From Octopus vulgaris (Eukaryota): a stretch of 64,000 nt of DNA. Every line of letters starts with the position of its first letter. The first letter of the stretch is position 1. This document shows, one piece after another, positions 13,144-27,061 of the stretch. The notes under the pieces are model-generated. The model was not told the origin of the DNA. It did not search any database and saw nothing but the letters and a program-made list of their open reading frames with translations. The position numbers and the translations under genes are program-made. The stretch covers positions 5,518,001-5,582,000 of the forward strand of contig OX597835.1 of the NCBI GenBank assembly GCA_951406725.2. The letters run 5' to 3'.

Positions 13144-13792
13144 GTTAAACGCCCGCATATAACAACGTCAGTCTGTCGGTCTACGCAGTTCATTACATTA
13201 GATTTATTCTGCAAATGCAGCGAGGAATTATATAAATACAGTTTATTGGATGGAAATTTGGCTGATTTCGCCGTCGCAACGTAGCAACTCTTAAGTATTC
13301 CATGATTGATCATATCAGAAGAGGTAGGTAATATTTACCTGCGTCGATGATTACTATCTAAGGTGGCGGTGTGTTTGTTTTTGGTTTTAGTTCCGTTGAG
13401 TCACGGTTTAACATCTCCTCTGGCCTCAGCTCTCTTTGACATTATACTATCGATGTCCAGTAGAACATTATGTGGTATTATGTTGTATTATATGGCGTAC
13501 AATAGCTGTATCTTGATCGTGTTTGTCTATGTAAATACTTGATGTATACAGCTAAACTACCAATTCTACATCCATAACTACCGACATATATATATCTCGG
13601 TAGACATATGCGTGCACGCACACGCGTACACACGAATAAACACTACGTTACCCGCCCACACACAACATGCATGCACACACAGCAGGAACGCGCAATGCAC
13701 GGGTATGTGTGACGCTTGCGAGTTTGGATAAATGCAAACACCGTGGATACGAGAAGCATCGGCTTTTACGGGTTTGTCTTTTTGTCTGCGAT

Positions 13793-13837
<45 letters not shown>

Positions 13838-14235
13838 GAGGGAGAGAGAGAGAGGACAGATAGACAGGCAGCCAGAGAGAAAAATTAGAGACAAAGAGAG
13901 GGATACAGAAAGAGAAACAGCGGGAGAAAAACAGATTCTTGGACAAAGAGAGAGAGAGAAACAGAACGGACAGAAAGACAGACAGATAACGTATGAGAGA
14001 GAAACAGAGAGACAAACAGATAGAGATACTAGAAAGAGAGAGAGAGAGTAAGAAAGAGAGGGAGAGAAGGAAGAGGAGAGAGAGAGAGATATGTCTTTTT
14101 TCAGTTGCTAGATTTGAAGAAGTAGCGACAACAAATGAGGCAATATTCTTGAATTTTCTTGAAATATGCCAATGTAAGGGGCAAGAAGGTTTATTGGGAC
14201 AATGATACCATTACCTCTCATAACCTCCATATCTC

Positions 14236-14312
<77 letters not shown>

Positions 14313-14772
14313 GAAAAGAGAAACTGAAAATGCACAGCGAATAGTTAAGATATTTTTTATTAATATACTTAAAGCTTTATCCGGTTTGAAGCTGGTTCCA
14401 TTTTTATTGGGACTTCATGGTTCAAATTAGTATATTAGTATATGTTTTGAATAGGATTTAATTGGTATATATAAATATTTGATTGGACACATGACTGACC
14501 TTCGAAATTTTTGTAGGTTCCCCGCTACGTCCGTGTGCTAGTATCAAGTTACAACAATGTGCTGCGTGTAAAGCTGACACGGTTGATTGAACATGTCCAA
14601 ACAATCAATGCTCTGTTTTCTGTCGAGTGTTTGTAGTGAATGAACACAATTAAGTTTATAACTTTTTGTACGTTTCCTGTCACGTCCGTGCGTTAGAATC
14701 ACGTGACAGTATATATTGCGCCTAAAAAGAAAGCCGACACGGTTGAGTGAACATGTTTAGTTATAATCAAAA

Positions 14773-15003
14773 GGCGGCGAGCTGGCAGACACGTTAGCGC
14801 GCCGGGCGAAATGCTTAGCGGTATTTCGTCTGTCGTTACGTTCTGAGTTCAAATTCCGCCGAGGTCAACTTTGCCTTTCACCCTTTCGGGGTCATTAAAT
14901 AAAGTACCAGTTTCGCACTGGGGTCGATATAATCGACTCAATTCCTTCGCCTGTCCTTGTTTGTCTCCTCTATGTTTAGCCCCTTCTGGGCAGTAAAGAA
15001 ATA
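14773..15003 (+). mobile_element. SINE family 1, full length with TSD
   Basis: Near-consensus copy; TSD TATAATCAA. Confidence 0.93.
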
Positions 15004-15331
15004 TATAATCAATGCTCTCCAAATTAAATTTGTCTGGCGGGAAACTGGACAGGAGTCGTTTGTATCTAGTCCAGTGGCTAAAGTTTAAGTTGTACCTCAT
15101 AAGTGGTAGAATGAGTTTTATGTGTAAATAGTTATTTGTGTATGTACTCTGTTAAACTTTGTTAAGTCTTGATTTGAACTTTTGTAACAAAGTACTTTGT
15201 TTATCCGTGTTTCATCTGTGGCATTTGCTGAACATATGTCTATGAATCCACTGAGCGGACACAAAGAAATATGTGCCAAATATAAGTCCTGCAAATTCCA
15301 GGTCTCCCCTCTCTCTCTCTCTCTACACACA

Positions 15332-15374
<43 letters not shown>

Positions 15375-15385
15375 ATATATATATA

Positions 15386-15638
15386 TTTACATACAAAATT
15401 TAGAAGACTGACCACTAAAAGTGGACAGCCTTTATGCTAGATATAGACGTCAAGATCGCTATTTTCCACGAAGAATGTGTTCTCAAGAAAAAACTCAGCA
15501 AACAAACCAAAGTGTAAAAATAAACAAGACAAATGAAAATATTTTCATTTGTCTGGCTTATTTTTACACTTTGACGTCTATATCTAGCATAAAGGCTGGC
15601 CGCTTTTAGTGGTCAGTCCTCTAAATTTTGTATGTAAA
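15386..15638. repeat. Spacerless inverted duplication (hairpin) with one-sided bulge
   Basis: Outer arms TTTACATACAAAATTTAGAAGACTGACCACTAAAAG... / ...CTTTTAGTGGTCAGTCCTCTAAATTTTGTATGTAAA; inner palindrome centred at 15540/15541. Confidence 0.92.
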
Positions 15639-15722
15639 AATTTTCAATCTTCGGATTCTTAAAAAATATGCTAGGCCACTGATTTTAATTGATTAATATC
15701 AATTTCTACCCTTATTTAATTT

Positions 15723-15810
<88 letters not shown>

Positions 15811-16175
15811 CAGGCTGCGTTAAATATATTGTCTAAATTACGTAAAAATGAAAATAACAGTCTCATCTCATTTCAATGGATACAATTACCAAGATTACAT
15901 AAAAATATCTGAAAACACTAAAGAGTAACCTTATTCGATAAAATCGCCAGTGGATTCAACATCGGGCTCTAGACGACTTCGGAATGTCATGCAACTCTTC
16001 TGGACGGTCTCCTTGCTTAAGTTGGTGAATGCTGCCATAATCTTTGCCTTCAGTTTATCGTTGGCGTTACAGGGAGTTTTGTTGGTCTCTCGTTTCAACT
16101 GCGCCCCACACATTATAATCAAGGGGGTTGCGGTCTGGGGTGTTAGATGACCAGATGTTAGAGGTGATGTGGCGG
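15811..16175 (-). mobile_element. Tc1/mariner (maT/DD37D-like) transposase 3' fragment with terminal repeat
   Basis: IWSSNTPDRNPLDYNVWGAV/RETNKTPCNANDKLKAKIMAAFTNLSKETVQKSCMTFRSRLEPDVESTGDFIE*; ends in TA-CAGG within (TA)n. Confidence 0.85.
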
Positions 16176-16194
16176 AATATTGGTTTGATATTTT

Positions 16195-16373
16195 GGTACA
16201 AGGCCAGCAATTTCGTGTCGACTCAACTACTCAAATGATACTTATTTTATCGACCCCGAAAGGATCAAAGACAAAGTCGACCTCGGCAGAATTTGAACTC
16301 AGAATATAAAGATTGACGAAATGCCTTTAAGCATTTCGCCCGGCGTGCTAACGATTCTGCCAGCTCGCTGCCT
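16195..16373 (-). mobile_element. SINE family 1
   Basis: Reverse-complement match (ATCGACCCCGAAAGGAT...CTGCCAGCTCGCTGCC). Confidence 0.85.
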
Positions 16374-16901
16374 TCATGGAATAATTAGCAATTATTGTAA
16401 TCGCTCTGGTTCTGTTATCGAGTTTATTTCACTTTCTTCACTCCCCCTATTTCAACCCACCTCACCCTTTTCCTCTCACTGTTCTATTGCATCGACTTTC
16501 GACCTTTAACTACTCACTAATTAACTTTCCATTTCAATTTCAAACAATAATCTCTCTCTTCATCTCTCTCTCCTTCTCTTCCTCTCCCCCCTCTCTCTCT
16601 CTCTCGCTCTCGCCTAATGGCTCTTTGTATCAAATCTAATACCAATCCCCCATACCCACTTTGAGTATTTCATAGCATTTGATAATCGAATACAATTCAA
16701 TAAACGCATTCCCTTATCATCTTACACAGAGAAATATCCCAACTTCCATAATTTGATTTTCATTCAGGTGAATTAGAAATCGAAGCACGAAAAGTCTTGT
16801 GTGTGATATGCATGTATGTAAGTATTTATGCATGCATGTAGGTACCTATTCATGTATTTATGTATATTACAGTATCATTGAACCTATGAGACTATCGGAT
16901 C

Positions 16902-17277
<376 letters not shown>

Positions 17278-17461
17278 AAGAATCAAACTCACTACCTCCT
17301 GGTTATGAGCCCGACGCTCTAACCACCGAGCCATGCGCCTGTATATACACATACACATATACGTGCATATATTTACATACATATTCATATATTTATACGT
17401 ATATAGATGTATATGTATGTATACGTACACACGCATACACACACACACACACACACATACC

Positions 17462-17618
17462 TTATTAAAAAGCAGCAAAAATATCACAAAATCTGTTACT
17501 CAGAGTTTTACGTTCCCGTACGTTGTGCAGTTTTGTTTAGAAAACAAGACTGTACGACGAACGGGAACGTCAAACTCTGAGTAACAGTTTCTGTTATATT
17601 TTTGCTGCTTTATAATAA
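17462..17618. repeat. Hairpin with about 77-bp arms, each carrying a hammerhead-like motif
   Basis: 17462-17538 is the reverse complement of 17542-17618 with scattered mismatches. Confidence 0.92.
17550..17587 (+). ncRNA. Decayed hammerhead-like motif, same family as 26014-26051
   Basis: CTGT-ACGACGA-ACG-GGAA-CGT-CAAAC-TCT-GAGTA-ACAG. Flank similarity to the 26-kb copy continues to about 17651. Confidence 0.55.
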
Positions 17619-17792
17619 AGCAGTTTACTCTACCTCTGGTATTCGAGTACTATATATAACACACAGTAAAGAAACGATCATGACAGATATGGTGAGTTCG
17701 TTAGCAGCTAATCAAACTAATGGCAACTTCTTGACAAGCTACAAGGAAAACAGAGCACCCATGTCAAAGATAACGTGTTTGTTTTTTTAATA

Positions 17793-18016
17793 GAGGCGCA
17801 ATGGCCTAGTGGTTAGGGCAGCGGACTTGCGGTCGGAGGATCGCGGTTTCGATTCCCAGACCGGGCGTTGTGTGTGTTTATTGAGCGAAAACACCTAAAA
17901 GCTCCACGAGGCTCCGGCAGGAGGTGGTGATCCCTGCTGTACTCAAAAGGCGGTGCTCCACCATGGCCGCAGTCAAATGACTGAAACAAGTACAAAAAAA
18001 AAAAAAAAAAAAAAAA
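17793..18016 (+). mobile_element. Chimeric SINE: family 3 5' half joined to family 2 3' end plus poly(A)
   Basis: 17793-17943 matches family 3; AAAGGCGGTGCTCC...GACTGAAACAAGTA matches the family 2 tail. Confidence 0.8.
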
Positions 18017-19242
18017 TATTAATTCCTTCCCTCGATATCAGATACAATCCTAGCATTTTGATTTGCAAGAACTCAATTCCTGTTAGAAAGCATCATATAT
18101 TTATATTCAACCTATACAAACTCACAAATACACGCCAGCTGACGCGTATATCATTACGTGATGCTCTCTCCCTCCACTCAAAGTATTTGTGGCTCGGGGC
18201 CAAAAGTCGAAATGGGTTGAATAGAAGCGAAAGAAGGAATTTATTGGTGAGGTTAGTAAAATAACATAAACCCAATCTATCATCGGAAGAAATTGAAATA
18301 TGCAAGGAATGTGGCAGGATTGTTAAACAAACACTGAAAATAGAAAACCGAAACAAAAACCAAAAACATGACAATTTGCATAAACCAAACAACAAAAGTA
18401 TAATAAAAAAAACAATAAAAACCATTATTTCCATTTGCGCTGGTTCTTATTGTTTTTCCTTTTATTATTTTTTTTGTTTCTCTTATTTCAACACTTCAAT
18501 ATCGTCACTCGAGTGCTTAGGTCTGACAGTTTGGGGCAATGCCATATAGAATTATTGGCTTATGAACTCATACATTCTGAAGTTCTGAAGACCGAATATT
18601 CGGAGCCGACACTGAATTTCACCCTTGCAGGGGTCGATATACCGTAGGATGTTCATGTTGCTGATGTTGTTCATTCCCATGTCAGTTCTGAAATATTCCA
18701 GTCTTGACAATCCCATTTTCTCTGCAGGCATACTTCATCAATGTGCCATTCCCATCTTTAAGTGTGATGATGTGATTTGAGAGATTTGGCTGTTATTTCT
18801 AAGAGTTTCACTGACCACTTAGAGGTGCTCCTACAGACTCATATCAGTTGTTTGTATTCTTATTTGCGGCAACGATAATCTCCCCAATCAGGCACACCTA
18901 CCCACTTGGCTCTCCTTGCCCCATCACTCCCACTAGACCTAGCTCTAATCCTTACATCCAATCCTTCTTGCCCCTACTCCTAGAAATAAAGTTGAAAATC
19001 ACTTTACCATCCCTAGTCCATGAAATTAAGACATACCTGTAATTCATTTGGGTCTGTTAAATGTTTCACAACGTCTCTATTTTATTGTCAACTGCCGCAT
19101 TAATAATCATATGAACTATTTATATCTGATGCAGTTAAGTTAATGACTGCAGTGGAAGATAAGGATATTGCGTATATTTTTTGTCATGATAATATAGTAT
19201 TGTAATTTGTGATGATAATTATAAGCAAATTTATAGTAGAAG

Positions 19243-19395
19243 ATTGACTCCAGTCATCAATTGGTACTTATTTCATAGGCCGAAGACAGGACGAAAAGCA
19301 AAGCCGACGACGGCGTAATTCGAACTCAGAATGTAAAGACGGACGAAATGCTGCTAAGCACTTTGTCCGTCGTACTTATGATTCTTCCAGCCCAA
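19243..19395 (-). mobile_element. SINE family 1, diverged
   Basis: Reverse-complement match to the head and Nin-like domain. Confidence 0.7.
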
Positions 19396-19472
19396 TGTCT
19401 TAATAATAACAACAACTATAAGAACAACAGCAACAACAACAAAAGTAGTAATAATAATAATAACTGCTATTA

Positions 19473-19549
<77 letters not shown>

Positions 19550-20024
19550 GAGTGAGAGAGCAGTTCATGCCATCAAAGTGACACTGGGGTAAAATATACG
19601 AAGCCCAATATACCCATCATGACTACCCGTCTGATAAGGGCACACCAGGCACATGCATCACAACCATATGTGCGCGACATGGTGATCTCATATCAAGATA
19701 AACAGCACATGACCTTGCATGTGGGGCCCAGTTAGAATTTTCTTCTGGTCGAGTAGCCCATCCCGCTCAAAAGGTTCCTGAATAAAGGTTGTTTAAGGAT
19801 GTTGAAAGAACCACCCATGTTTCCAGAGGTGAATTATTCAAACCCCAAAGAATCCCTCTCAACACATGGCTATGATGCTCCCCCACTACTTCTGCTCGTG
19901 ATCAGAGATGCACATATCGTCAGCCACTAAGGGACATGCTCAACTGGTTAAGGTCAAACAACTGACAAGCAAATCTGTGGTATTGAGCAGAATATTTGCT
20001 GTAGCCCATCTTTTATACCAAGAC
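19550..20024 (-). mobile_element. Complex-sequence insert inside a (TTA)n array; probable 5'-truncated microsatellite-targeting retroelement 3' UTR
   Basis: 475 bp of non-simple sequence with sharp boundaries and (TTA)n on both sides. No convincing ORF; strand is inferred. Confidence 0.5.
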
Positions 20025-20045
20025 TTATTATTATTATTATTATAT

Positions 20046-20145
<100 letters not shown>

Positions 20146-20153
20146 GTTGTTGC

Positions 20154-20210
<57 letters not shown>

Positions 20211-20618
20211 GGTGGTGGTGGTGGTGGTGGTGTTGCTTCTTGTTATCGTTACTGTAAATATTATTTGAATTATCGCTTGTCTCTTGTACGTCTAATGTTC
20301 TGTTTCCTCCCAAAGCGTCAGAGTTTATCAATGACTTTTATCGTTTGACAACCACACGGAACAACATGAAGACAAAAGCCAAAAGACAAGAAACACAACA
20401 AAGAAAAAACAAACAAACATGAACAAACAAAGAAAACATGACACAAAACACAAAAACCGTACCAAAATCCTTATAAAACTAAGAATATGATGATAATGAT
20501 GATGATGATGATGAGATGGAAGAGGAGGATGGTAATGATGATGATGATGATAATGATGATGATAAATAGTATTAATAAATGTTATAATGATAAAGTAAAC
20601 ATGTGTTTACTTCATCAC

Positions 20619-20663
<45 letters not shown>

Positions 20664-20694
20664 GCATATATACATATATGTATGTATGTATATG

Positions 20695-20839
<145 letters not shown>

Positions 20840-21075
20840 ATATGGTATTTAAGTGATTTTTCTGAAGATTTCTGAAGCCATTATTTGAAATTCTGACAGC
20901 TAATTCTGACAATATCTCTCGGGAATGATGTCCATTAATACCGCTGGATAAAAGAGCAGGAATCAACTTCTGTTTTGGTACCTATGTAGGTTCGTGCTAT
21001 ATCTGGTATGTATGTATATATATATATATTTATATACATAGATACATACATACATACATACATACATACACACAA

Positions 21076-21113
<38 letters not shown>

Positions 21114-22311
21114 GGATACATACCTACATATATATATATTATATGTATTCATATGGATATAGATGTAGATGTTGTGTGTATTTAGCTACGCCTATATTTA
21201 CATATATCTGTATACTCATATATATATTCATATACATGTATATGTACTATATCTATGTATAGACGTGTGCATATATTTATATATATATATGTATATGTAT
21301 GTGTATATATATATGTGTGTGTGTGTATAATATAGATATATGCATATTTTATATATATATATTATATATATATATATAAATGTATATATATAGATACACA
21401 CACATACACATACACACATATGTAAATATATATACATATATATTTTTTATTTATACATATATGTGTGTGTTTGTGTGTGTGAGTGTGTATATGTCTGTCT
21501 GTTTGCAAGCCTACGCATCTAGTTACGTAGCAATTAATCTACACAAATTATTCTATATCTGAGAGTTTCGTGCCTTGGTGACCATAATCCACCTAGCCTG
21601 TGTGCATATGCGAATGCGTGCACACACTCACACACATATACAGACATAACGTTGTAAAGTTGCCATTGATACAATCAACTTCTAATCTTCGTAGAACTCA
21701 ATACAGTCTCACTGAACAGTGAGAGAGTTGTTGAAATATTTGGGCGATTTGATGTCCTAAACTCAACTGTGATTTCTTCCCACAGTTCTTCTGACTTGGA
21801 ATTCATTGGAATTCTGGGAGCTCATATAATATTTAAGGATAGTATACGTGTGAGGGCCGTACTTTTCGACGCGGAGCGGGCGTCTTTTTTAAAATGTTGC
21901 TTGGATGTGATATGTAAGCATTTTCTTATCATTGTCAAAGTTTCTATTTCTTAACATTTTCTTATCATTATCAAAGACTGTATAACTGTATTTTAAAACA
22001 ATTATGATAACCATTTTTTAACACAACAAAGCTTATACAGAGCTTTACATTTTACTTATAATTTTTTTTAAAAAAAACCTCCGTATTTTCGAGAAAGAGA
22101 AGCGGTAGAGGGAAAGGTAGAGTAAAATATAAAAGGCTTAAACTAAGGGACATTTTAAAATCATATAATATATTAGTCTGACTGGAAGTGAAATAACTTA
22201 ACAAATTATAAATTTAAATGCAAATCGTCCTTTGTTTCTTAAATAACTTCTCTTAATCTTTTTTCATTCTGTGGAATTTCTACGAGTCCTTCTAGTGCCA
22301 ACAACAACAGC

Positions 22312-22344
<33 letters not shown>

Positions 22345-22372
22345 AACAATAATAATAATGATGATGACGATG

Positions 22373-22411
<39 letters not shown>

Positions 22412-22446
22412 GCAACAACAATAACAACAACAACAACAACAACAAC

Positions 22447-22511
<65 letters not shown>

Positions 22512-23019
22512 TAATAATAATAATTAGTTCTCCAAAAATGGTAGTGCTTTTTGTAATTAGCCTGAAAAGCTACATTGGGTATGAGGAGTGCAGCCGAAAA
22601 CAACTCCTCATAACTTAAACAACAAAAATAACGTAAAAACAACCCAGCAAATTGACAATAACAAGAAAAATAGCAAGAACAGCAATCACATTGTTGTTGA
22701 GTAGGAATTGTTAATTAACTGCGTGAAGATGAACGATAATAAAAATTTTTAAATATATAATGAAAAAGATAGGAAAACAGAAAAAGCGGCCAATTCCACC
22801 CACAGATGAGATCTTTGGTAATTTCAACGACCAAAGAGTCTGTGGTTGGTTGTTTGGTTGGTTGTTGTGTGGAGTAGAGTATTTAGTAAAGCAGTGATGA
22901 GAACAGAGAAGTTGAAGAAAGGCTCCGAAAAGAAAGGATTACACAGATAATGGTCATGTATATTTTACTGGTTTTAGAACAGCGAGAGATAAAGTAAAAA
23001 CGAAGTAAAAGTGGACCAT

Positions 23020-23217
23020 TACCTATGTCTTTACTGCCCACAAGGGGCTGAACACAGAGAGGACAAACAAGGACAGACAAAGGGATCAAGTCAATTACAT
23101 CGACTCCAGTGCGTAACTGGTACTTATTTAATCGACCCCGAAAGGATGAAAGGCAAAGTCGACCTCTGCGGAATTTGAACTCAGAACGTAGCGGCAGACG
23201 AAATACCGCTAAGCATT
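23020..23217 (-). mobile_element. SINE family 1, 5'-truncated
   Basis: Reverse-complement near-consensus match. Confidence 0.9.
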
Positions 23218-24082
23218 AAGCTGTATCAACTTTTGCCTTCCCCTTGGATAACATCGGTGGCATTGAGAGGGGAGGCTGGCATGTGTGGGCGACTGCTGAT
23301 CTTCCATAAACAACCTTGCACGGACTTGTACCTCGGACGGTAACCGTTAGTTCAAATAAAAGAAAATTGTCCAAAGTACACTATCGTATCGAACTCGAGA
23401 ACACAAAGTAATCCTGCGCGCTTGTTTATCGCAGTGTCAAATTTGGTTTATGTTTACTTTCCACTTGCTGTTCTGCTTTCTAATTTAATACCAATTCCAG
23501 TTTCCCCTACTTAAACAAATCTATCGATAGTTTGCGTTGATTCAATAAAACCGTCTATTTATATTTTCATAAACCGACAATTCATTCCTGTGCAAATATT
23601 AATCTCCATTTTGAAAATTGTTTCTTTTTCAAATCTTCTCCTCATTTCAAATGTTCCGTAAACCAACAAATCATTTTACGGAAAAAATATATTAGTTTTC
23701 CTAATATAATTTTAAAGTTAAAACGAAAACTAAACGTCTAGCGTAATTCAAAACATGGCTGACCCAAACACGCACACAACCATGCACATATACACTCGTG
23801 CACTGACACGCACACAAATACACAGGCACGCATGCGCATGCGCACACAGATATACACAGGCTCACGCACAAACACATGCATGCACACACATATGACGTCG
23901 ATGTTTGCGTAAGAAGCTGTGTTATAATCATCTAATGATTGTGAAGAGTTATCCATGGGTACGAAACACTCGGCAGAAGTTACAGAGTGACCCAAATTCT
24001 GAGAATTTCGTCCGTTGGCACTTATCAAACTGGTTTCAAATGAAGCGAGTTTCATTTATATGCTCGTGGTAATGATATTTAA

Positions 24083-24272
24083 GGCGGCGGGCTGGCAGAA
24101 ACGTTAGCACGCCTGGCGAAATGCTTTGCGGTATTTCTTCTGCCGTTACGTTCTGAGTTCAAATTCCGCCGAGGTCGACTTTGCCTTTCATCCTTTCGGG
24201 GTCGATGAATTAAATACCAGTTACGCACTGGAATCGATGTAATCGACTTAATCCGTTTGTCTGTCCTTGTTT
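24083..24272 (+). mobile_element. SINE family 1, 3'-truncated into (CATA)n
   Basis: Near-consensus match. Confidence 0.9.
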
Positions 24273-24734
24273 GTACATACATACATACATACATACATAC
24301 ATACATACATAATGACCGTCCACTCGTGAACGAGGAAGACCAACCATGCACATATACACTCGTGCACTCGTGTTCTTTTTGTTGAATGTGCTTAAGAGAT
24401 TAAAAGAGTTTCTACAAAGAAAGAAGCTTGTGACGAAAACGAACAAACAAAACCTAAAGGCAGCACCAGGATAACATTTCTGATCGTGCATTACTTCTTA
24501 GCCATGATTTATAGCAAAACACTAGACTATTCAATCAACCTCAGTCAGCGATTTTACCCCTACAGATTATTACTATTATTATTATTATTATAATTTAACA
24601 AACTTGAAATCACCATTGAAAACTATTTAAAAAAACCGTTTCTGTTCGATGTGTATTATTATATCAGTATATACATCCACTTGTTTCTGTACTTTACCTT
24701 CTTTTTTACATTACGGTCAGCTTTTGTTTATACG

Positions 24735-25255
24735 TTCTTTCAAGAGAAATTTGCAAATTTTACAGCAAGAATTTAAGCGTTCGATCATTTAGAGTTGCAA
24801 ATCGCCCGGTTCGTACTTTGGCCGTTAGGTCTTCTCGTTATTGGAATGCTACTGTGATTGTGAGAGTTACATGACATCAGAGACGGTTTTATCTTTATTG
24901 AGACGTTTGTATAGTGTTTCGGTGTTAATTGTAGTTGTGTTACTTGTATGAATATTGCTCTTATAGCCAATTGTCTGCGTCTGGGCCGAATTCTTTAAAC
25001 TAAGAATGTATTTATTATCTATCGATATTTTCCTGCCTCACATTGTTTTAGAATGTCTTTTCTAATGGTTTGCGCTTTGTTGTAAATGCATGTTGGCTTA
25101 CAAGAGAGTGTTGTACATGTGTAGCCAAATCTAACAGAACCACTAAGTTTGCAGTTTTCACTTTTACGGTGAAATTTTAAAATTAGATCAGCCAAGTGGA
25201 GCTTGTTCTTGGATTTACATGCGTAGGATGTGTTGTTGAAAAATATTTCGTTCTT
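24735..25255 (-). mobile_element. Highly decayed PLE ORF remnant
   Basis: NEIFFNNTSY...LADLILKFHRK...VRFGYTC and terminal TLNDRT/NSCCKICKFLLKE resemble PLE motifs and the end of the 5278-5733 remnant. Confidence 0.4.
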
Positions 25256-25753
25256 ATTAATAAACTTGCTTAAAAAGTAATAGACGAGGAAACACATATA
25301 TCACCCACAAACACAATCATACACAACACCCACAAACACAATCATACACAACACCCACAAACACACACACATTAAATATAAGAGTAGTAATTGCATCAGA
25401 CATTAATAAAGATACCTTAATTAATTTATATTCTGAATGGTATCGATTCCCTCTGTCATAACAAGAGACAGTTCCTTTATTTCAAAAATATGTTGTTTAT
25501 CGATATGAATTAATATTATAACATTGATTATTATTGATCTATGTTTATGAATTTATAATTTACGATTTTCAATACAGTTCAAATTATATAAATGTCACGT
25601 GAATGGCTGGGCTTTCTATGCTATAAAATATTCAATAATTGACCATATATGGTTTGCAGCCAACATCTTAAAAGTGAGAGTATTAATTTTTCTAAAAATA
25701 ATTCTGCATCTTTTTATACGCACACATATATATGTGTCGCTTTATGTATGTTC

Positions 25754-25819
<66 letters not shown>

Positions 25820-26013
25820 TTGTGTATATATAAATATATTGCTTATATAGACTGCATGTAAATATATGTAAATACATGTAAAGGTATGTAAATATATATA
25901 TATATATACCAGAGTAAGAACATAAATGTGAAACAAGGTGGAACAAAAGAGTACTCAAATACCAAAGGTAGAGTAATATGCTTTATTTAAAAGCACCAGA
26001 AATATCATAATAA

Positions 26014-26051
26014 CTGTTACTCAGAGTTTCACGTTCCCATTCGTCGAACAG
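26014..26051 (-). ncRNA. Minimal hammerhead-like motif in a PLE-type terminal repeat (repeat spans about 25908-26060)
   Basis: CTGT-TCGACGA-ATG-GGAA-CGT-GAAAC-TCT-GAGTA-ACAG. Stem I extends to AACTGT/ACAGTT, stem III is ACUC/GAGU with a GUA triplet, and core positions 3-4 deviate. Confidence 0.65.
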
Positions 26052-26405
26052 TTTTGTTAGAATGGAACAGAAATGACAATATAATCAAACAAAAACAAAA
26101 AAAAAACTAGTTTAAAGGATACACCTTTGAAAATGGTACTTTTATACACTATGCCCTTATCTTTGCGATCTAACCGGATTAGAGATCAGTTAGCCTATCT
26201 TGCCTTTTAAACGGGAAGTAGCCATCAATATAATAAAACGTTGCTTAAATAAAACAACACCCTGGCTCATTCTACTACACCAAGCCTTGTTTAGATTACT
26301 ACGTCTCGGTGTATAATGAATATAAGTCAATCTAGCACTACGAGTATATCTTCTGTCAATTGCACTTGTAGTAAAATTTCGTCGAGTCCTTTTCATGAAT
26401 AAATG

Positions 26406-26695
26406 CAATGCTCGAACTTCCTACTCTACAAAGGCATATATCAGCCTCATTGTTAATCCCTCTAAAACACAATATAATCAACAAACGATTTGTCAAAACC
26501 CCTTTGTTGGTGCAAGATTACGCCTCGTTTAATTTATACGTCAAATCTAAAGGAATAAAAACACAGCAAATAATCGTGACTGGGAAATCATTAGAAAGTT
26601 AAGTCGTATTTGGATGAGAAGGGGATTCGAAAGCTTTCTGACAGCAGAAGAACCTGAAATTGCTTTTTGCTAAGAACTCCCTGACTAAAAGACAT
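26406..26695 (+). mobile_element. Penelope-like element GIY-YIG remnant
   Basis: Frameshifted translation TKAYISLIVNPSKTQYNQ (decayed YIGLT..FK.RYN.H) ... DWEIIRK/VKSYLDEKGIRKL/TAEEPEIAF/AKNSLTKR. Confidence 0.6.
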
Positions 26696-27061
26696 TCTGG
26701 AAGATAAATCTCTTTTATCCCTAAAATCTTAAGATCTTCCCAATTATTTCAAACTATAATTTATCCTTCACATCAATTTTTAACATTTATCGCGACTTGC
26801 ACCCTTTATCGCGACTTGCACCCTTTTATAACTTTCACCTATATCTCTAAACAGTTTAATTTTTATATTTCTTCATTTATTGCAATATATTTTATCGTGT
26901 TCTTGATTAACTCGAACTATTAATTATCCTATTTCCCTATTTCCCATTATTTCACTCGCTCTAGCTTAATTAACTATTTCCATTTATCTAAGTCATGATT
27001 CCGTTTTAAATATTCCTTTGCAGCCCTTCACATCCAACAACTGCTAATATTTCATCTCCGA

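Noticed and set aside
14105-16817. Possible small plus-strand exons 14105-14173 (VARFEEVATTNEAIFLNFLEICQ) and 16768-16817
   Set aside because: Splice-like signals are frequent by chance in AT-rich DNA; acceptor context is weak and no protein is recognisable.
17278-17341. tRNA-Met-like sequence (CTCATAA loop) on the minus strand
   Set aside because: No acceptor-stem 3' half and a degenerate T-arm; it is a SINE head, not a tRNA gene.
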